This document shows, one piece after another, positions 57,501 to 64,000 of a stretch of DNA of 64,000 nucleotides (positions are counted from its first letter, which is position 1; each line of letters begins with the position of its first letter). The DNA is from Antedon mediterranea. Lineage: Eukaryota > Animalia > Echinodermata. The notes beneath the pieces were generated by a model. That model had not been told where the DNA came from, searched no databases, and saw only the letters and a program-made list of their open reading frames with translations. The stretch covers positions 16,422 to 80,421 of the forward strand of contig NC_092678.1 in NCBI RefSeq assembly GCF_964355755.1, in the 5' to 3' direction. Made by a program: the position numbers and the translations under genes.

Positions 57501-60500
57501 GTATTATAGGTTTGAATAGTAAATGTATGGTATAAATCATATATTAGTATTATAGGTTAGAATAGTAAATGTATGGTATAAATCATATACTAGTATTATA
57601 GGTTAGAATAGTAAATGTATGGTATAAATCATATACTAGTATTATAGGTTTGAATAGTAAATGTATGGTATAAATCATATACTAGCATTATAGGTTAGAA
57701 TAGTAAATGTATGGTATAAATCATATACTAGTATTATAGGTTAGAATAGTAAATGTATGGTATAAATCATATACTAGTATTATAGGTTAGAATAGTAAAT
57801 GTATGATATAAATCATATACTAGTATTATAGGTTTGAATAGTAAATGTATGGTATAAATCATATATTAGTATTATAGGTTAGAATAGTAAATGTATGGTA
57901 TAAATCATATACTAGTATTATAGGTTAGAATAGTAAATGTATGGTATAAATCATATACTAGTATTATAGGTTAGAATAGTAAATGTATGGTATAAATCAT
58001 ATACTAGTATTATAGGTTTGAATAGTAAATGTATGGTATAAATCATATACTGGGGTCAGAGATCTTTTTACGTTGCGGCCGCAAGTGTATGGAACAGCTT
58101 ACCAGCAACAGTTAAATGCTCAACTAGTCTAAACAGTTTCAAGACCAACCTAAAGACGTCGCTATTCGCTGATGTTCTCGCACGTTGTTAATGCACAAAG
58201 CGCCATGAGCGCCACATGGGTGGAGGATACCGGCGCTATATAAGTTTTCATTTATTATTATTACTAGTATTATAGGTTAGAATAGTAAATGTATGGTATA
58301 AATCATATACTAGTATTATAGGTTAGAATAGTAAATGTATGGTATAAATCATATACTAGTATTATAGGTTAGAATAGTAAATGTATGGTATAAATCATAT
58401 ACTAGTATTATAGGTTAGAATAGTAAATGTATGGTATAAATCATATACTAGTATTATAGGTTTGAATAGTAAATGTATGGTATAAATCATATACTAGTAT
58501 TACAGGTTAGAATAGTAAATGTATGGTATAAATCATATACTAGTATTATAGGTTTGAATAGTAAATGTATGGTATAAATCAGTCAGTGGTCGTTCACCTG
58601 ACAGTGGAGCTACAACTTACTTTGTCTTCTTCAACTTGCATTCTTTTATTTTCAGCCTCTTTTAGTTCCTCTTCAAGATCTGCGATCTTACCATCTAAAA
58701 TGTTCTTCACCTGAAAAGAATAATGAATTGACATTATCTGTATTTAACATGCAAAACACAAATCTGTGTTACACCTGCTCACCTCTTGAAGTCCTTCCAC
58801 ACTGCTTCTTAGTGACGCTTCACTTCCCTGTACCTTCTCTAGTTCTTGTTCTGTTGTTAGCAGTGTTGCATGTAGGTTTTCAATATCCCCTTGAAGGGCA
58901 GAACTCTTCTCATTTCCTTCCTAAATGATAAATAACCATTTGCAACCATTTAAAATAAAGAGAAATAATAACTGTATGAGCTTCATAATTTGGACACATA
59001 TCACATGGCTTAAATATCTACCTTGATAACACTCTGTAATTTCACTGTTTGAGCTTCATAATTTGGACACATATCACATGGCTTAAATATCTACCTTGAT
59101 AACGCTCTGTAATTTCACTGTTTGAGCTTCATAATTTGGACACATGTCACATGGCTTAAATATCTACCTTGATAACACTCTGTAATTTCACTGTTTGAGC
59201 TTCATAATTTGGACACATGTCACATGGCTTAAATATCTACCTTGATAACACTCTGTAATTTCACTGTTTGAGCTTCATAATTTGGACACATGTCACATGG
59301 CTTAAATATCTACCTTGATAACACTCTGTAATTTCACTGTTTGAGCTTCATAATTTTGACACATATTGCATGGCTTAAATATCTACCTTGATAAGACTCT
59401 GTAATTTCACTGTTTGAGCTTCATAATTTTGACACATATCACATGGCTTAAATATCTACCTTGATAACACTCTGTAATTTCACTGTTTGAGCTTCATAAT
59501 TTGGACACATATCACATGGCTTAAATATCTACCTTGATAACACTCTGTAATTTCACTGTTTGAGCTTCATAATTTTGACACATATCACATGGCTTTGACA
59601 CTTCTTTCTGAAGTACCTCTATCTTTCTTTGCAAGTCTTTTTGTATTTCTTCTTTACTGAAAAGTTGCTGTTGAAGTTGTTCCGCTTGATTCACCTACCA
59701 ATAAATGCAAAATGTCTCAACTAAATTCCTCATTCATCCTTCATTGATATAAACATTATTATTAAAGTGTAAATTATTTGAAATGGTTTGTTACCTTTTG
59801 CGTAAGACTTTGGTCTTGTTGTGTAAATTATTTGAAATGGTTTGTTACCTTTTGCGCAAGACTTTGGTCTTGTTGTGTAAATTGTTCTTTCAACACAGCT
59901 ACCTGATTTATCTCAGTTTCTAAAGATTGTTGCAACTTTACTTTTTCATTTCCTTCTTTGACCATAAGTTCTTGAAGTTCAAGTTCACTTTGTGTCTTTT
60001 CAGCTAAGATTGTCTATAAAAGAAAGATTATTTACAATTTTGAAGACTGAACAATAAAATATTCAACTGGCTGTTAAAACATGTCTCCAGCAACTGCTGT
60101 GCAACATATAACATTAACATTGTTAAAACATACCTTTGTCTCCAGCAACTGCTGTTGTACAATAGATAGGTCCTTTTGAGAAGCATTTAGCTTTTCAGTC
60201 GCAGAATTCATCAATGAAACCTACAACAAAAAATAAAATTGACATGAACAATTGGGCTAAATATCTTATTTCCACACAATATATTTAACACTACATGTAC
60301 CATTTTTCTGTTGATCTTAAATCATCAAGAGGAAAATATTAGAATTGTCTACCTTATGTTCTTCGTGAGTGTGATTACTTTCTTCTAATTCTTTTTCTTT
60401 CATTTCTAATGATTCCTTTTCTTTCCTTAAGCTTGTTTGTAGTTCATCATTTTGCTGTTTTAATTTATCTGCCTTTTTGACAAAAATAGTTGAAATGAAC

Positions 60501-63500
60501 ACTTTTGAATTGTTTAATAAATGTTAATGTGCTAGTTATTTAAATTAGATAATAGTTACCTGTTGTTGCATTTCAGATCGTGTTTCTGTGAAAGTTGTTT
60601 TAATGCCATCAAGTTCAATCTGCATTCTTTCCATGTTTGCTGTGCTTTGCTCATTTAACTAAAAATACAAAAGCATTTTAATAATAATCTTCATTAAAAA
60701 CCCATTACACAGTAATAATCTTGTTTTACCAATTGGTGGTAGATCATTTTTTGTTGTACATACCTTTTTAATTTCTTTGTGAAGGGCATCATTTTCATCA
60801 ACCTTACTTTGCAGAGATTCCTCTGTTAACCTTTGTTGCTCCTCAACTTTGCTTCTAGCTTCTTTCTCAGATTCAAGTTTTAAACTAACATCTGACAGAT
60901 TGTTTTGAACAGTGCCAAGTTCTGACTTAGTAGCTCCTAAGGTTAACGTTACCTAATGAAAAGCACAAGTGAGAATAAACTTTTGAACAGTGCCAAGTTC
61001 TGACATAGTAGCTCCTAAGGTTAACGTTACCTAATGAAAAGCACAAGTGAGAAAGAACTGCATAGCGGAGATGTTCTGACTTAGTAGCTCCTAAGGTTAA
61101 CGTTACCTAATGAAAAGCACAAGTGAAAATGAACTGCATAGCGGAGATGTTTACTTTAATCAACCAATGTATTTAAGAAATGAGTACCTCTTGAAAGTTG
61201 TTAGCAAGGTCGTCATAATCCTTAGACTTCGTTGCAAGTGCTACTTGTGTTGTTTTTAGCTGGTTTTCCATTTCTCCTTTAAGAGACGATTTAGCAGTCT
61301 CAGTCGACACCAATAAATCAGCCTGAAATTAAATAGGTTGTTCTTATCTTCAATTTATTCTACATCCATCACACTTTTGTCACTATATCAATTGTTGAAA
61401 TATTTTACCTTTTCTTGTACATCTGCTTGTAAAAGTTGGATCTTATGATCAGATGATGTTAGTTTTTCTTGAGTTTCCTTACACTTTGTAACAGCAGCAA
61501 TCAATTCATCTTTCTTTTCATTTAGTTCTACAGTCATCTATAAAAATAAACACATTTTGTTGTACAAATGATAACTTATTATTTCACTGAGCAACTGATG
61601 ATGTAATATGCATAAATATAATGCACCTTATCCACCTGTTCCTGGAGTTTAACTACATCCTTTTGTCTATCTTGCAATGCATGCTGGGATGTCTTAATAT
61701 GAGATTCAAGATCTGCACGCTGTGTTGCCATAGAAGCTTCAGTTGCTAAGATCAATTCATTCTGAAATAAAGTTCATAATCAAATTTATTTTAGGTAATG
61801 ACTTTGTAAATCATTTAGTTCACGACAAGAATCCTTATAATCCTTTCTATTATTTCCTTACCTTTGTATTGAGTTCTGCTTGAAGAGAAGATGTTTTTTC
61901 TTGAGAAGAAATAAGCTTAGTGTTTAGATCGTCTAGGTTGCTTTTTGATTTTTCAATCTTTTCATTCAATTCTTCAATCAATGATTTATTCTGTAATAAA
62001 GCAATATTTTAAAAGTAACAGTACAATTAACAACCTGTATATTATGCTTGTATAACCAGTTGTATGTAAATTACCTCCTGTATATGCTAGTATAACCAGT
62101 TTAAACCTCAAGCAGTATAACAGTACAATTGTGTGTACATTACCTCCTGTATATGCTAGTATAACCAGTTTAAACCTCAAGCAGTATAACAGTACAATTG
62201 TGTGTACATTACCTCCTGTATATGCTAGTACAACCAGTTTAAACCTCAAGCAGTATAACAGTCCAATTGTGTGTACATTACCTCCTGTATATGCTAGTAT
62301 AACCAGTTTAAACCTCAAGCAGTATAACAGTACAATTGTGTGTACACTACCTCCTGTATATGCTAGTATAACCAGTTTAAACCTCAAGCAGTATAACAGT
62401 ACAATTGTGTGTACATTACCTCCTGTATATGCTAGTATAACCAGTTTAAACCTCAAGCAGTATAACAGTCCAATTGTGTGTACATTACCTCCTGTATATG
62501 CTAGTATAACCAGTTTAAACCTCAAGCAGTATAACAGTCCAATTGTGTGTACATTACCTCCTGTATATGCTAGTATAACCAGTTTAAACCTCAAGCAGTA
62601 TAACAGTACAATTGTGTGTACATTACCTCCTGTATATGCTAGTATAACCAGTTTAAACCTCAAGCAGTATAACAGTACAATTGTGTGTACATTACCTCCT
62701 GTATATGCTAGTATAACCAGTTTAAACCTCAAGCAGTATAACAGTACAATTGTGTGTACATTACCTCCTGTATATGCTAGTATAACCAGTTTAAACCTCA
62801 AGCAGTATAACAGTACAATTGTGTGTACATTACCTCCTGTATATGCTAGTATAACCAGTTTAAACCTCAAGCAGTATAACAGTACAATTGTGTGTACATT
62901 ACCTCCTGTATATGCTAGTATAACCAGTTTAAACCTCAAGCAGTATAACAGTACAATTGTGTGTACATTACCTCCTGTATATGCTAGTATAACCAGTTTA
63001 AACCTCAAGCAGTATAACAGTACAATTGTGTGTACATTACCTCCTGTATATGCTAGTATAACCAGTTTAAACCTCAAGCAGTATAACAGTACAATTGTGT
63101 GTACATTACCTCCTGTATATGCTAGTATAACCAGTTTAAACCTCAAGCAGTATAACAGTACAATTGTGTGTACATTACCTCCTGTATATGCTAGTATAAC
63201 CAGTTTAAACCTCAAGCAGTATAACAGTACAATTGTGTGTACATTACCTCCTGTATATGCTAGTATAACCAGTTTAAACCTCAAGCAGTATAACAGTACA
63301 ATTGTATGTACATTACCTCCTGTATATGCTAGTATAACCAGTTTAAACCTCAAGCAGTATAACAGTACAATTGTGTGTACATTACCTCCTGTATATGCTA
63401 GTATAACCAGTTTAAACCTCAAGCAGTATAACAGTACAATTGTGTGTACATTACCTCCTGTATATGCTAGTATAACCAGTTTAAACCTCAAGCAGTATAA

Positions 63501-64000
63501 CAGTACAATTGTGTGTACATTACCTCCTGTATATGCTTGTGCAATTCCTCTTCTTTAGTTCTCTGTTCTTCAGCCAATGTGTCTTTAGATTCATTTAACA
63601 TTGTAACTTGGTCACGCAAACTACTCTGTAATTAAAATGAAATCAGTTTTACGTTTTTGAATCACGTTTTTATAATCTGGGCTGCCTGTAAAAGTGAATT
63701 AATCTTACATTGTCTGTAATTAAAATGAAATCAGTTTTACGTTTTTGAATCACGTTTTTATAATTTGGACTGCCAGTAAAAGTGAATTAATCTTACATTG
63801 TCTTCCTTTAGTTGATTTATTGCTGTGCTAGCTCCCTCGCCTTGTTCAATCTGAAATCAACCATTTGTTTAAATTACTTTCCAATACAAAATGATATGGC
63901 CTTTTCTTTTTATAAATTAATGTACAAATCCAACCAACCAACCAACCAACATTCAATAAAAAAACCACAATTTCTACCTGAAGTAGTAATTCTCTTCTTT
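51592..64000 (-). CDS. EEA1: Early endosome antigen 1 (3' portion; long coiled coil plus C-terminal FYVE domain); continues beyond the window
   Basis: Exons include 51592-51714, 51972-52191, 52296-52350, ~54769-54952, ~55078-55263, ~55769-55898, 58621-58710, 58783-58920, 59533-59694, 59849-60013, 63524-63625, 63797-63850 and 63978->64000, plus coiled-coil exons at 60134-61990. Translation [109 protein letters not shown] matches the recalled vertebrate EEA1 C-terminus. [18 protein letters not shown] also resembles EEA1. Confidence 0.93.
52358..53150. repeat. 60-74-bp (modal 69) intronic minisatellite, ~12 copies
   Basis: Unit GTATAAGAATGATTATAAAGAAATAAAGAATCACTGTGTTAATATCATTGTGTTATCTCAGTATAAGCA. 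The last unit resumes at 54719. Confidence 0.95.
53151..54718. mobile_element. Non-autonomous Kolobok-type DNA transposon (1568 bp)
   Basis: TTAA target duplication at 53147-50 and 54719-22. TIRs AGGGGGGTTCCGGGTTTAAAAT / ATTTTAAACCCAGAATCCCCCT. AG..CT termini with a TTAA TSD fit Kolobok rather than piggyBac (CC..GG). No transposase ORF. Confidence 0.82.
55473..55721. repeat. 81-bp intronic tandem repeat, 3 copies
   Basis: AACAATATTATTGTAATTGAATAATAGATTGAAAACCATCAAGCTACAG... occurs three times. Confidence 0.92.
55932..58581. repeat. 46-bp intronic minisatellite, ~53 copies, interrupted by a LINE fragment
   Basis: Unit TAGTATTATAGGTTAGAATAGTAAATGTATGGTATAAATCATATAC. Confidence 0.97.
58052..58261 (+). 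mobile_element. ~210-bp L2-clade LINE 3' end inserted into the 46-bp array
   Basis: Encodes ...[32 protein letters not shown] (L2 ORF2 C-terminal pattern), then AGCGCC...GGCGCTATATAAG and (ATT)n. TACT occurs at both junctions. Confidence 0.85.
58977..59595. repeat. 73-bp minisatellite made of 63 nt of EEA1 exon end plus 10 nt of intron with the donor, ~8.5 copies
   Basis: Minus-strand unit AAGCCATGTGATATGTGTC(C/A)AAATTATGAAGCTCAAACAGTGAAATTACAGAGTGTTATCAAG|gtagatattt. Confidence 0.96.
62060..63537. repeat. 69-bp minisatellite containing an EEA1 exon end plus donor, ~21-22 copies
   Basis: Minus-strand unit ag|CATATACAGGAG|gtaatgtacacacaattgtactgttatactgcttgaggtttaaactggttatact. Confidence 0.97.

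Noticed and set aside
61986-63558. 501-aa and 475-aa ORFs on opposite strands
   Set aside because: They result from a 69-nt unit (a multiple of 3) lacking stops in those frames. They are intronic and not in the EEA1 frame, which stops at TGA.
51592-64000. Alternative identity as a FYVE-containing Rabaptin-5, RUFY or FYCO1
   Set aside because: [21 protein letters not shown] and SSKKPVRVC match EEA1 specifically. Only one short motif is Rabaptin-like.

Overview
This is the left end of an AT-rich animal chromosome. An invertebrate deuterostome is plausible, but that is an inference from gene content only. In order: ~6.4 kb of (CCCTAA)n telomere; an (AGAC)n/GTCTAGAC subtelomeric satellite interrupted by a 5'-truncated CR1/L2-group LINE and a 41-bp minisatellite block; then three multi-exon genes. 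These are a complete 30-coding-exon sulfonylurea-receptor-type ABC transporter (ABCC8/9-like, minus strand, ~1569 aa), a stand-alone Roc-COR (ROCO family) gene with a degenerate G3 motif (plus strand, ~790 aa), and the 3' part of EEA1 (minus strand, FYVE domain). The introns are crowded with locus-specific minisatellites. About 15 duplications copy the exon/intron junction itself, producing arrays of up to ~22 decoy splice sites. Some form in-frame AG/GT-flanked microexons, cassette exons or AG|GT ratchet sites. Also present are a duplicated ABCC terminal exon, a Rabaptin-5-like CDMCxNYE motif in EEA1, and several non-autonomous DNA transposons. All gene models were read by eye, so boundaries may be off by a few nt. 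No searches were run.
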